This document shows, piece after piece, positions 36,766-50,096 of a DNA stretch of 64,000 nucleotides. Below the pieces are notes generated by a model. It was given only the letters and a program-made list of their open reading frames with translations, had not been told where the DNA came from and searched no databases. Every line of letters begins with the position of its first letter. Positions within the stretch are counted from its first letter, which is position 1. The stretch lies in assembly GCA_964106645.2 (NCBI GenBank), contig OZ078259.1. One strand, 5' to 3'. A program made the translations under genes and the position numbers. The DNA comes from Podarcis pityusensis. Its lineage: Eukaryota.

Positions 36766-38919
36766 TGTAATTGCTTTGCAAAAATGTGTATATTAGGCAA
36801 AACTGCATACAAACACCTGCATGTCAACATAAATTTCCTGATGTGCATTTATGAGAACTTTTAAAAATAAATGAATTGCAAACTGGTGTGGAAATGAAGA
36901 CTGAAGATTGGAAGAGTGAGAAAATGAGAAAAACAGAAATTGACAGGTTCACACAGCTCTAAGCTGGAGCATTACTTGATTGTTTTCGTTTTCATTCTGC
37001 TTCTGTGTAATAGCATACAGAAGTGGACTGTGGCATTATTTCGTAAAGTAGTGACATATTTTACAACCCAACTTCCCTATAACAAAAAAAAGAAGGAAAC
37101 CAGCTGTTTATAGCAGGTATTAAACCCCTACAGAGAATTTTAAATAGCACCCTCCCCGCTCTTTGTAGTTATTCCTGTTTTGTACAGATCAAAAAGAAGT
37201 ACAAAGAAAACCGAGGCTGGCTGCAGGTACTTTCGTCCTGATGGATTTAACATTTTGCATATCTTAACATGCAGTGCCTAATGCCTGTTCTTCCTGTTTA
37301 ACCAGCACAACACTTTTATACTCTATCTATTAGCTTTGTATGTGGCCATAAATCTCCACCTACAGACTATCCATTAGGGAGCAGGATCAAAAGAGAGGTA
37401 TTTAATGTTCTGCATTGTGTGTTCTCATGCTAATCCAGCCTCAGTGAGATTTAGAAAACTCAGTAAGGTTTATAGAAGCAAACGCCAAAGATTCACTTTT
37501 AAAAACACACACACAATAATCCCTAAATGCACAGCAGTCCACCGGGGAGGACCACCAGAGGCACAGGTACCTTTGATACCTGATAGATGCTCTACCTCCT
37601 CTAAAGCTGGGAATAAAGAGAGGGGAGGTTGTTACTGCTTTGCACATGACATTTTATTTAGGGGGGGAAAGACATACGGCAGGGAATATTGATGATGGTG
37701 CACCAATGCAAGAATCCAGCTAGCATGCTAAACCATTGAAGTGTTAAGATTTTAATGTACAATGACTTAAAATATAAATTTACTGTGTATGAAATGCATT
37801 ATGCCAATATATTTTATGTCTGTGTGCATTCACACACACACAAACTTGTTTAATGGGTTGATTCCTTCAGTTTTCTTCAATAATTGTTTCAAGCTTCTGG
37901 CATTTATTTGGTTCTGATCTAGTCACATGCCGGCAGGACGTCTGTACTTGGGGATATTGGAATGGAGTTTGATGAAGTTTGACACACCATGCCTGAAATT
38001 GGTGGGGGGATAAAGAAATGCAAAAAATTGCAAACAGAATACTCAATAGTGTAAGCCGTACTTATTCTTACACCTGAAATAGAGAGCGATACTGGAGGAC
38101 ATGCATTCTGGAATCTGCTGCTCAAGGCAAAACCATTGTGTTGGGTATGTGCAAAGCTGATTCTTCATGAGTTAGTTGTTTTCGTATTTCAAGACTAGTA
38201 TTATTGACTCTGATTGGCAACAAGATTGCGAACAAGGTTCCCCCACCCTGCTCCCAGGTCCTACTATGTGATTTATTTTGAACTGGCAGTACAGCCTTAG
38301 AGATGAAGTTTATGTTTCCAACCCTGTGTTATTATTTCATCGTGAGGCAGGTCCTGGTGACCCAACTCTTTGCACTGAAAGTAATAATATATTAACTTTT
38401 CATTTATATTGTGTGTTGCTGCATTCATCCCCCTAACATACTGAATCAATGGGTCGGTAGCGGGTCACAAGTCTGGGAAACTGTGGCCCTCCATCTGTTG
38501 CTGTACTCCAACTTCTATCAGTCCTAGCCAGCATGGCTAATGTTCAGAGATGAAGGGAGGGCCCAAAGTTCCCCATCCCTACCCCAGACTGTCTGCCACA
38601 GAAGAAATCTCATGCAAAAAGGCCTTCAAAACACTTTCTCTTTGCTCTGTACCGTGCTGTCTCTAGGCTCTAAATGATGCCGCTTAAATCCTGTTTATGA
38701 CATCTTGGCTGAGGGGTTAATCCCTTCATTGCTCAGGAGGTGGCACCATGACAATATAATGAGATTCATATTAACAAGAGATGAGTCCTTCTCCAAAGGA
38801 GACAAAAAAATACAGATGGCAGTGTGAAACCTACTAATTATTAAACTAATATACCAAGGCACTTTTAAACGGGAGCATTTAGTAGGCTAAAATCAGCAGT
38901 GCTAGATTTATTATATGTT

Positions 38920-38923
<4 letters not shown>

Positions 38924-38957
<34 letters not shown>
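38924..38957. repeat. (GT)n microsatellite
   Basis: Read directly. Confidence 0.95.
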
Positions 38958-38958
<1 letters not shown>

Positions 38959-39829
38959 TTTCTCCTGATTTAATTCAGATGATTAAATGACCAATAGAAT
39001 ATGAGAGGGAAAGAGCGAGAAAGAGAGAGAAGAGCCAAGCATTAAAATTTACTGAAGTAGAGACCCTGCAAAAGTCAAAGCTCCGACAGGTTTATTCTAG
39101 TGTATCCTTCTGTGACTTGCTAGCCGGTTCTTCGTAATGGTAGATGGGCAAGGCGAGAAGAGTCGAGGCTTTAAAGTGGAAATGAAATTTCCTGCTCCAT
39201 GGAAACTTGAGCACACAGTCATTAGTCTGTGTGACCGAAGAAAGTTCTGGGAAGTTTAGTGTATCAACCCACAGCAGGCCAGTCGCTGGAGAGCATGCTC
39301 AATTATTTAAGGGCAGTATGTTTCTGACACCCTTGTGGTGAATTCCTAATGAAGTGAGCCACCGGGAGAAGCATACCCTGGCGACCTCAAGGATTAAGGT
39401 GGGAAGGAAAGGTGGGGGGAGGCCATTAAACTGAAGCTGAGGCTGCCAAGTTGAGAGTTTGCAGTGAAACAGGGGGGGAGCGGAGAGAGAAAAAAATGAA
39501 AGCAAAATGTAATTCTTGGAACTTTTCCTCACCTGGCATGCCCCTAGGAAGAGATGTGCAATTGCATATCTTGCTTCTAATGAACAGTTGCTGACACTTA
39601 ATTGGTAGCAAAATAAAAGCAGATACCTGTGGACACAGCCTCATTTCTCCATGTTTTCCTTCCAGAGTGTCAGGGGATTTATACATACAGAATGGAAGAG
39701 AAAATGCTAGGTATTTGTAAACAGGAAAGGGACCTGATGAGATTTTTTTTATTGCTTTTACGCATGGTTCACATTTTCCTCAGCAGTTTGATGTTCCAGA
39801 GGGAGCACTATCCAGTTTCGCTTCCTTTG

Positions 39830-40418
39830 AAAAGAGATGCCAACTAAACATCAGGAAGAACTTTCTGACAGTAAGATGTTTCTGACAGTGGAACGGACTC
39901 CCTTTCAACTCCCGTTCATTGGAGGTTTTTAAGCAGAGGTTGGATGACCATCTGCCATGCATGATTTAGCGGAGAGTCCTGCATTGCAGAAGACGCGGGT
40001 GGCGCTGTGGGTAAAGCCTCAGTGCCTAGGACTTGCTGATTGTAAGGTCGGCGGTTCGAATCCCCGCAGCGGGGTGAGCTCCCGTCGTTCGGTCCCAGCT
40101 CCTGCCCACCTAGCAGTTCGAAAGCACCCCTATGTGCAAGTAGATAAATAGGTACCTCTTTATAGCGGGAAGGTAAACGGCGTTTCCGTGTGCGGCGCTG
40201 GCTCACCAGCTGCAGCTTCATCACACTGGCCATGTGACCCAGAAGTGTCTTCGGACGGTGCCGGCTCCCGGCCTCTTAAGCAAGGTGAGCGCGCAACCCT
40301 AGAGTCGGACACGACTGGCCCGTACGGGCAGGGGTACCATTACCTTTTACCTGCATTGCAGGGTTGGACTAGGTGAGCCTCAGGGTCCCTTCCAACTCTA
40401 CGATTCTATGATTCTATG
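39830..40418 (+). mobile_element. CR1 3' end with (ATTCTATG)n tail, interrupted by a Sauria SINE
   Basis: aggaagaactttctgacagtaag...ggtcccttccaactctacgattctatgattctatga. Confidence 0.85.
39990..40349 (+). mobile_element. Full-length Sauria SINE
   Basis: gacgcgggtggcgctgtggg...ggttcgaatccc...ccctagagtcggacacgactgg, accttt-type tail; 12-bp TSD cctgcattgcag. Confidence 0.92.
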
Positions 40419-40504
40419 AATGGGAGAACAGTAGAGACTTAAAGTATATTTGTAAGATTCATTTTATTTACTAATATATGAGCAGAGGCCAGGAAGCAAG
40501 CAAG

Positions 40505-40730
40505 CACAGGAAGCTGCCTTGTATCTGGAGTGTCTATTAATATTTCTCCATCTAATCCGGTGTTGCCTAACTCTGACACAGTGGCTCTCCAAGGTATCAG
40601 GCAGCGGTCTTTCACATAATCTACTATATCCCCCCCAACCCCTCCTCCTCCTTGTGCATCCCAGGGAGTGACTGATCCCTTCTGCATGCAAAGTGTGCAC
40701 TCTACCACCGAGCTATGACTTCTCCCCGAG
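40505..40730 (-). mobile_element. tRNA-derived SINE (family of 17106)
   Basis: Reversed head catagctcggtggtagagtgcacactttgcatgcagaaggg; tail aggcagcttcctgtg. Confidence 0.65.
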
Positions 40731-42105
40731 GCAAATACATATCTATAAGCAGACAGCATTGCCTTTATCAGAGTGCAACTTGTTCCCAGAGTACAACTTG
40801 TTCAGAACCCAACACACATCCCCAGGCACATCCCACTTCCTAGCTAACTCCAACTAGAAAACTTTTAGGGCTCTGTCTCTTTGCCTCAGCCAGTTCTAGC
40901 AACTGTTTTTGCCATTACTATCCACTCCACTCCACTCCACTGGAGGCGAGTAAGCTCAGCAGTCAGGATGCTTACTGGGTGAAATGGTTTATTGTTATTA
41001 TTTATTGAATTTATATACCACCCTATACCTGCAGGTCTCCATGCAATATGAATATAATTCTTATGATTCAGGAAACTAACTAAGCATAGGTGAGGGCTTG
41101 GCATGGCTAGCTGACATTACTGTGCTTCCTTCCTTGTATACATTCACTGTATAGGTATGTAATGTCTGCACAATCCCACCATGAGCCTTACCACCCTGTG
41201 ATTTTCAATGTGCTGATTTGTTGTTGTTGGCCAGCAAACAAAATGTGGTGTTCTAGAACTCCACATTTCTAGCAGTGGTTTACAGTAACTTTGCTAGTTG
41301 TCTGCACAGATTAAGAAGCATGCTGGAAAAGCAAGAATGTGTTCACTTGAGTAGCTATTTATGCTAATGGAAAGAAAGGTCTATGAATTAGCTCCCTGTA
41401 ATGGTAAACAAGATTAGAGTTAAGTGCTTTTTGGGGGGGCTGAGCAAGAAACAGTCAAAGGTTAATTGCACAGGAGAGAAAGAAGAAAACCCATAAATTA
41501 GGAAACCAGAGTCTGGAAAACAGGAAGGTCAGAGAACGAAATGGGCAGGTGAAATCTGCAGAGACGGTGGAAAGAAATCAAAGTGGGGGAAGTGGCAATG
41601 GGCAGTTTAGCTGGTCAGTCTATGAAGGATGGGCATAGATTCTTTCATGGATAAAGTGGACAATCATGGTACATAAAGGGTACAGCAGAAGATAAAACAA
41701 ACTTTATGGTAAGAGAGATAAAAGAAAAAGATGACGGTATTTGAAAAGAGAGTGTTAGAAAATGCTTTTAAAGTAGTTAATTGCCGTTGTAAAAAGAACA
41801 ATAACCAAGGTTTAATTTCTCAAACTAACTATGCAGATAAAACCCATTAAGAAGGAATGAACAAACAATAGAAAATGCAAAGGGATCATCATAAGCAACA
41901 GAGGGCATGAAATAATATATTTCCCCTATGACGGTTTGCAATTGTGAAAAACAAAAGGAATGCACACAATTGAAATGTCTCATATGGCCTCATATACCAA
42001 TTGGAAAAAATATGAGTACAGCGGTACAAATGAACAATTGAGAACTAATGATAATTTATGTAGATGAGGGACAGGCAAGATAGCAGGCCCTTCACCTGTT
42101 CCATT

Positions 42106-42106
<1 letters not shown>

Positions 42107-42142
<36 letters not shown>
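42107..42142. repeat. (CA)n microsatellite
   Basis: Read directly. Confidence 0.95.
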
Positions 42143-42146
<4 letters not shown>

Positions 42147-43499
42147 TGTCTCTTAAGACCCCATATACACTATATATTTAAAGCTCTATGATACCACTTT
42201 AAACAGTCATGGCTTCATCCAAACAATTCTGGGAGCTATGGTTTGTTAAGAGCACTGAGGTTTGCTAGGAAGCCTCCTATTCCCCCCACAGAGCCGCAAT
42301 TTGTAGAGTTCACTGGGAAGAGGGATTTACTGTTATAACACTCTGGGAATTATAGTTCTCTGAAGGGAAGAGGGGTTGCCTAATTACTCTCAGCAGTTAT
42401 GAAGGTGGGGGGGGGATCAAAATGGAGCAGGACTTGGAGGAAGGTGGGGTGGGGGGAAGAGGAGAAGCTGGCTCTTTCATTATACCTCAGATAATTCACA
42501 CATCTATTCAGTATAGCTAGGTTGTGCCGAAGCACTCAGGCTCTCTTCTCCCAAGAGTAGCCGGGCAGAGACCCCATTATCTTTTCTCCCAGCATTAAGC
42601 TACTCATCACCATTTAGACTAATTCACCATCAATTTTCTCATTAGGAACACTTTGCATTTCCAGAGGCTAAAAACATCCAAACCAGGCTATTTTACCCGG
42701 TAGTGATATATGTGTTTATTTATTTATCCCCCCCCCCCAACCAGTCTAATTTTCCCCTATGGGATTTTTCTTGTGTGTATAAAAGATAAAAGGAGAAGGA
42801 GGAGGAGGCGGAGGAGAAATGACACTTTTATGATGGGTGGCACCTTTCCTCACACCAACAGGTGTTGTCGCAGTACTTCCAACATCCTTGTATTTCCCCC
42901 CAAATTAAATATAACTGCACCTAGCTGAGAGTTAATGATAAACACATTCCCACTGGGAGATGCATAATAGTGCATGCATTGTTGATCGTTTTAAAATTAG
43001 AAGCTGCTTTTGTTTACATGATTTTTAGTGCACTTCTCTACCCCTTTGGTTCAGTGATCCTGCATGGTGGTAATGAGGTGATGTCTGCTTATGAATTTGA
43101 ATTGATTCCCCAATAACTCTGCAGAAGGCAAACATGTCTATGCTTCAAATGTATTGCACACACCCCTGCTGCCACCCCTTTTCCTTTTTGGAAAACGTCA
43201 ACATGGTTTGGTTGTATTCATTAGTAACTGAACAGTGGGAAGCAGTCTTTCTACTTCTGAAAAGGCATGCATTAAGTGTATCTTTCAATATAATAAATGG
43301 TAATAAAACATTACTCTTCCCCCAGGCATTTGATGGGTGAAAGATACTGTTCCCGGCAACCTTGAAATTATTAGCTGTGAGGGATATGTGGGTGCACAAA
43401 AATGTATTTTTTTTAGTTATTCTTAATGTTTTTAAATGCATTGAACATTTGTTGGTTTGTGCTATTTATTTTATTCCAGGGTTTTTCAGTTTAGGGAAA

Positions 43500-43916
43500 A
43501 GACAAGTAAGAGGTGTGTAAAAAGCAATACATGGTGTGGGAAAAGTATACTAAAACTTGAGGATATCAAACAAAGCTGAATGTTGGACAGAGAAAAGAAA
43601 GCATTTCTCCATGCAGACCATTGTTAAACTATTGAAGTCTCTCTCACAGGAGAATGTGATGGCCACCGACTCAAATGGCTTTTAAAAAGGATTAGACAAA
43701 TTCACGGAGGATGAGACTCTCAGTGGCTAATAGCCATGATGGGTAGGTTCTCCCTTCATTGTCAGAGGCAGTATGCCTCTGAGTAGCAGTTGCTGAAGAG
43801 TGTTCAGGTCCTGCTTTCAAGGCTTCCCACAGGCACCAGGCTGGTCACTGTGAGAAAAAGGATGCTGGGATAGATGGGTCACTCAATTAATCCAGCAGGC
43901 TCTTACTATGTTCTTA
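43500..43916 (+). mobile_element. CR1 LINE 3' end
   Basis: gtgatggccaccgactcaaatggcttttaaaaaggattagacaaattc...ccagcaggctcttactatgttctta. Confidence 0.75.
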
Positions 43917-44179
43917 TTTTTCGTTGTATTATTTTACTGCCCTGCTGTTTGCTTCTCTGGGCTTCTTGGGGAAGAAGGGCAGGTTAGAAAATAAACAAAC
44001 CTTGTTCGGTTATGGCCTCTGCATATGGCAGTCTTTCCCTATCAGGCGGTCTCTAGATATTGCTGGACTCCAACTTCTACCAGCCTTAGCCAGAGCTCAG
44101 GCCGATAATAGATTTTAGGGCAAATCACTTGGAGGGAGTAGACCAGTTTTTTTTTGTTTTTTTTTAAATTAAGGCTAAC

Positions 44180-44181
<2 letters not shown>

Positions 44182-44213
<32 letters not shown>
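44182..44213. repeat. (CA)n microsatellite
   Basis: Read directly. Confidence 0.95.
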
Positions 44214-44215
<2 letters not shown>

Positions 44216-44394
44216 ACTTCTCCCTCCTTTTGCAACACTTGCCATCACTCCTCCTACAGGGTGTGCTTCGGTTAGCCATCTTTTATGAGTAGAAATTTGG
44301 TGGGAGCCCCTGATTTCCCACAGAGCTACAGTTCTCAGAATGATTCAACAGTCAATCCCATTTCCCATGGAATTCTGAGAAATTGAGGGTCTGC

Positions 44395-45155
44395 GTTGCA
44401 CGCGGGCCCAAGGCCCCTTCCCCACTATCCTGGAGTGGGAGATTGAGCCCAGCCCAGGCGATGGCCCCACGATCACACCATGGCCTATTGGCCAATCAGA
44501 GATCAGTGGTGTGATCATGGGGGCATATAAAAGGTGGCGATCCATTTCTGGGGATTTACCTGGCTTCGCAACGCTGAGTACCCACCTGCCCGCCCTGTAT
44601 TTTAGGTGTCGGCTTTGGCCTTGCTCTGGACTTTGGTTGGTTCCCTGTTTTGGAACAGGGGCTGGGTAGGAATTTTTTCCATTTGGCAAATTGGCACTGG
44701 CCACTTGGTTTTCGCCTACCTCTTAGCAATTGTCACAACTTTTGTAAGGTTTGGCGGTTAGGCATTGGCTTATTGTGATGTGGGGGAGGAGAGGTGCAGC
44801 CATCACCTGCCCCTCCAGGTACAAGAGTATTCTGGTAAAGGAATCTGTGGATCTGGATCTCGTCCGAAGTCTGCTTGAGGGGCTAGGGCCATGCCAGGAC
44901 CCAGCGGGAACCTCGAGGTGAGCTTCAGTTGCTTGCCATCAACGGAGCTCCCTCGTTTGGTTGTTTACCTTTCCAGACTTCCTGCAAGGCAGACAGGAGT
45001 CAGATAGTTATTGCCAATGCCTAAGCCAATACCACTCACATTGCTGTAATCAATAAAGTTGTGGCCTAAATTTTTGCCCATTAACCTTAAATTAAAATTC
45101 TGTGTCAGTGTGTATTTATTTATCCTTGGGGGTGCGCCGGGTCTTGACGCACAAC
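44395..45155 (+). mobile_element. Non-autonomous DIRS/Ngaro-like repeat, copy 2, inside a MITE
   Basis: gttgcacg...acgcacaac ends, CCAAT and TATAAAA near the 5' end, aataaagttgtggcc; host MITE resumes after it. Confidence 0.7.
44665..44720 (+). other. ENE-like U-rich internal-loop RNA structure
   Basis: GGUAGG-AAUUUUUU-CCA...UGG-UUUUCG-CCUACC. Confidence 0.6.
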
Positions 45156-45254
45156 TGTGGCAGTATCATGGGAATAGGGGTCTCCTAACAATTCTCAGAG
45201 ATCTTACCAAATACAGCTTCCAGTATTATTTAGGAGAAGCCATGACTGCTAGTA

Positions 45255-45410
45255 AGACGCGGGTAGCGCTGTGGTCTAAACCACATGACCTGGAAGCTGT
45301 CTGCGGACAAACGCCGGCTCCCTCAGCCTATAGAGTGAGATGAGTGCCGCAACCCCAGAGTCGTCTGCGACTGGACCTAATGGTTAGGGGTACCTTTACC
45401 TTTACTTTTA
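45255..45410 (+). mobile_element. Internally deleted Sauria SINE
   Basis: 5' head fused to 3' body; 15-bp TSD ccatgac(t/c)gctagta. Confidence 0.85.
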
Positions 45411-46100
45411 CCATGACCGCTAGTAGAATAAATGTATGAGGTGGATATTATCCATGTGTCAGATCTTGGTGTGTGTGTAGGTTTGAGCAAGATGTCTTCA
45501 AGGCCCTTGTCCCTGAGTAGCCCTACTTCTTCCTAACTACTGTTGCTGGTGACTATTTGCTTGCCAATCCACACTCTCACACAGAAGAAGAGGACAAGCT
45601 GAACAGAGGTTTCTTGCTCCTGTCTCTGTGCATGTGCTCAGAGGTGGCAAGTGGAAAAACAGCAGCAGTAAAGTGAAGGGGAGAACATCAGCAACAGGGG
45701 TTCTTGGGGTCTGGCAGTGGGCCTCATCTAGAAATAGAGAGAAATAAAGTAAAGTTCACATTTAAAAGTGAACTTTCCTAATCTGCATTTTTGAAAACCC
45801 CCAAGATCTTAAAAAGAACCATCCTTTGAAATATGCACGTTTCCAAATTTTTAAATGCAGTACTTCAGATAAGTAATGTGTACAAAAATGCATATAGTGG
45901 AGTAAAGTGTCTATCTGAACCCACAGGTTAGTAAAGATAACAAAGAAATGCATTATTTTAGCAGAAACTGCTTTGCCCAAAAAAATAATAATTGTATACA
46001 TTAGATAGAATTGTATACATGTGTACGTTAGGAGGAGTTTACGTTAAAATGCTGATGAATTTTCACAAATTCAAATGCAAATGTAAAATTCACTTACAAA

Positions 46101-46268
46101 CAGTGTTTTTTTTTCTGGGGGATGCAGACCCCTAAATATTTTGTGAATCTTTGTACTTTTGTCCATTTACTGTATTTATTTTCCCCGATTTGAACTATAA
46201 AATGGTGGTTTTCTTGAGTCAAAATGAGAGCACCCCTAAACTTTTTTTTTTTTAAGAAAAAAGCACTG
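46101..46268. mobile_element. Short hAT MITE
   Basis: TIR cagtgttttttt / aaaaaaagcactg; 8-bp TSD cttacaaa. Confidence 0.85.
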
Positions 46269-48934
46269 CTTACAAATGCAAATCAAATGTCACTTTTTTA
46301 AAAAAAAAATCACAGACATTGGAATATGGAGAACTGAAAAAAGAGAAACTGAGAGAAACTGAAACAAACAGATTCACCCATCCTTAGCCTGAACAATTCC
46401 AATCTTTATGGTGGCTCAGTCAGGTTTGACAATTGGGGTGTTGCTGGCATTCCCTGTAACACATTGCAAGGTATAATCTTAGGCATATATTTTCATGCAA
46501 TGGTAGTGGAAAGGTAGATGTCTTTGTTGCAGGTTTAAGGAGTTGGGGTTGTTAACCCTACTCAGAGTTAAACCTATTAAAATAAATAGACATGACTAAT
46601 TTAGGTCCATTAATTTCAATGGGTCTACTCCAAGTAGAACTTAGTTGGATACAACCCTGGGAAAGCAGAGCCACTCTGATAAGCTCAGAGATGAGGTCCT
46701 TTAGGTGCTTTCTCTCCCTGAACTGTTTCCAATTTCCATCCTCAGTGGTAAGAGCTATGTAACTTTAAGAACCAGTGCCACTATTTGCCTCCTCCCTGTC
46801 CATAAAATTTCCTTTTATGTCTCTCTTTTAGATTATAAGAGTGAGGGAAGGGACTATAACATTCATCTGTAAGTTGTTGTGGGAGCTTTTTTGGCTGGGG
46901 AGCAGGGTAAAAATGCTTTAGAGAAATAAACAGGCTGATTCCCAAATCAGTGCACCATTAAAAATAATCTATTCAGCATAAGCAACCTTTGAAAAGGGGC
47001 TGCTAGCACATTTCAATTACAAATGCAAATCAAAAGTGCCAAAGATCAGGAATAAAAATCCCTAACTCTGTTGTAGAGCACAGACTTTCATGCAATAGTG
47101 AAAAAACCATTTATGCTGAAAAATGAGGGAAGAGTTAGAAAAAGCTTCAGTGATGAGGGTCATCAGCAAAAGCAGTGATGGGGGAATTACTGAGAAGCAG
47201 AAGTTGAACTCTGGCAGATTCCTACAATGTTACACCCCAGCTAGAGATTATTGTGCAGCAGTTGCCTAGGAAGGAAACTTTTCATGTCTGCCTTCCTAAA
47301 TTTGGACTTCTAACATAACCTAGTGTGACAAGACATAGCTCTGAAAGGTTTCCTGTTTTGAAGTGCAATATTGCAGCCTTGGAAGTAATTGGTGATGGGG
47401 TATAGTTCATTTTGCAAAACAGAACAAAAAGCCCACAGATTATACCTTTAAAGGGACCAAGGAGCAAGCTGTGAGGCTAACTCTACATTTTTACCCTTGA
47501 ATAGAATAAGCTGAGCATGAACAGTGAGCGTTAATGCTGGCAGTAAGCTTATGCTCCTTGGATTAAACAAATAAGTGGGAGAGTTTTAAGAACAGGTACT
47601 GGCTGGAGATGACATTATGGGTGCTGTGAGATATTTAGCAAAGGAAAATGTAATCTCACAAATGCTTGACTCACAAATGCCAGAAAATAAATAAAACACA
47701 GATGCAACCAAAGATGCATGCATTATCATCACCATTACCATCATATTGGATCCAAGTGACACATTTGTTTGGGCTGGACATTTGAATAAATTTCTGCCAT
47801 TTCCCCTTGTATGGGAAATATGTGGATCACATGTTGTGATCGCGTGGAGACAGTGGCATTTCAACAGGATATCTCTTTGACGCCTTATGAAGGGGCTGCT
47901 TATTAAACTGATAAGTAATGATAGAATCATTCTAAGGTGTGTCCTGAATAAGGAGTGATTTGCGTAGAAATGATGATGCCATGAGAAAGGGCTGGGGTCT
48001 TCTGCTAAGACCATAGTATGAGAAAGTACAGTCATAATGGAGGTGGGCTCCCCTTAAAGGCCATCAAGGTAAGGCACTGGATAGCTGCCCAGGCATCATC
48101 AATGCATGAGGCTAGCACAGGAGCAATGAGCCACCACCCTTGGTCACTGGCCAGCCCACTGACCAGTCAGGAGAGTGCTCTGTTTCTGAATACCAGTTGC
48201 TGGAAACCATAGAAGAAGAGAGTGCTTTTGTGCTTGAATCCTGCTTAACAGGACACTGGACTAGATGGGCCTTTGGTCTTATTGAGCAAGCTCTTATTAT
48301 GAGTGTAAAAGTTTGATGACATCATCATTTGATACTAAAAATACCATGGGGCCCAATAGTTCCCTGGCTTAACTGGAGATCCCAATGACAGCTGTAGGCT
48401 GGAAGGAGTGGGAGCATGTGCAGCTCTTCTTAGAGAGCTTTTTCAGCAAAGGCCCACAAATTCTTCATTTTCTATGCTTTGCTTTGCATTCTTGTCCAGC
48501 AAATAAACACTGCTAAGGCATCAACCTGGCTACTTCCTGCCTACTTGAATCCAAAATAAGCCCTTACCCCTTGGCAGGGCACTCCTTCACTGAGGAATGC
48601 CCTTCCTTCTGCCCCTCTGTTGCTTCAGGCATCTCGTAAAGGCGTAACCTTTTCTTCCAGACTTTCCCTGACCCATAAAATGGGACCCTGTTTTTATAAT
48701 ACTATTTTACTGGTTGCTATGTTGTATCCCTGTTTTTATTATAGTGTTTTACTGGTTTTTAAATAAAATTGCTGAATGAGGCTGCAACCTTCTGGACCCT
48801 ACGTTTGCTTCCTTGTCTTTGTCCTGCTTCAGACAAAGCAAGTGTTTTGTGCCTGTGCCTGAGGAAGGGCCACAGTTTAGTGGTAAAGCACCCGTTTTAT
48901 TTGGAGATGGTGCCATATTTATTCACATGCTAAT

Positions 48935-49618
48935 ATGCCCTCCAACATTTCTCTGATGAAAATAGGGACATCCCATTCCATAATGATAATTTTAATATTT
49001 ATACCCCACACATCTTCCTGGGTTGCCCCAGTCACTCTGGGCAGCTTCCAACATATATAAAAACATAATGAAACATTTAAAAACTTCCCTATGCAGGATT
49101 GTTTTCAGAGGGCTCAGAGGTCAGATAACTCTATGCCCTCCAACATTTGTCCAATGAAAATAGGGACATCCTAAGGAAAAGTGGGGGATGCGGGTGGCGC
49201 TGTGGGTAAAACCTCAGCGCCTAGGACTTGCCGATCGTATGGTTGGCAGTTCGAATCCCTGCGGCGGGGTGCGCTCCCGTCGTTTGGTCCCAGCGCCTGC
49301 CAACATAGCAGTTCGAAAGCACCCCCGGGTGCAAGTAGATAAATAGGAACCGCTTACCAGCGGGAAGGTAAACGGCGTTCCGTGTGCTGCGCTGGCTTGC
49401 CAGATGCAGCTTGTCACGCTGGCCACGTGACCCGGAAGTGTCTGCGGACAGTGCTGGCTCCCGGCCTATAGAGTGAGATGAGTGCACAACCCTAGAGTCT
49501 GGCAAGACTGGCCCGTATGGGCAGAGGTACCTTCACCTTTTAAGGAAAAGTGAGACATTCTGGGATCAAATCAGAAACCAGGGACTTCTCTGGAAAATAG
49601 GGACACTTGGAGGGTCTG
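48935..49618. mobile_element. Composite hAT-like MITE with a duplicated end and an L2 fragment
   Basis: atgccctccaacattt...gaaaatagggacatcc at 48935 and 49133; far end aatagggacacttggagggtctg. Confidence 0.65.
49184..49540 (+). mobile_element. Full-length Sauria SINE
   Basis: Same head, body and tail as 39990; 12-bp TSD taaggaaaagtg. Confidence 0.92.
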
Positions 49619-50096
49619 TGCTAAGTAAACTATAGTTTGGGGCCTCAGTTTATGTGTTGGTGTGGGTATGGGTATTGGGGGGGTCTAAATACACCCCCAC
49701 ACTCAAAACATTCCTAACCTCCATTGATATTGCTCTCAAAAATCACAAAGGAATTGTAAATTTTATATCCTGAACAGAACACACCCAGTTCATGTTGTGT
49801 TCCCTTTTCCACATCATAGGTGCCAAACAGTGTGCTTAGCTGCTCTTGTGTTGCTCTACATTACACATTCTCATATATGCTAAGTAAGAAGTCATAGGGC
49901 ATTTTCATTTAAAGGTATTATTGCAAGATATATGTTTCAGTTAGGTTGTTAGCTTTTAGTTGCATCCTTGCCTACACACCAGTATATGTGCAAATATAAA
50001 AGTTTATTATTTTTATAGTCCTTTCTGTTAGAATGATACACATTGTTTTGGTAATGATATAGAACCTCTTAAATCTGACACAGCTTTATGGCCTCA

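Noticed and set aside
47586-48035. 149-aa minus-strand ORF (also 52054-52512)
   Set aside because: No recognisable domain or convincing splice context; the 52-kb ORF runs across repeats.
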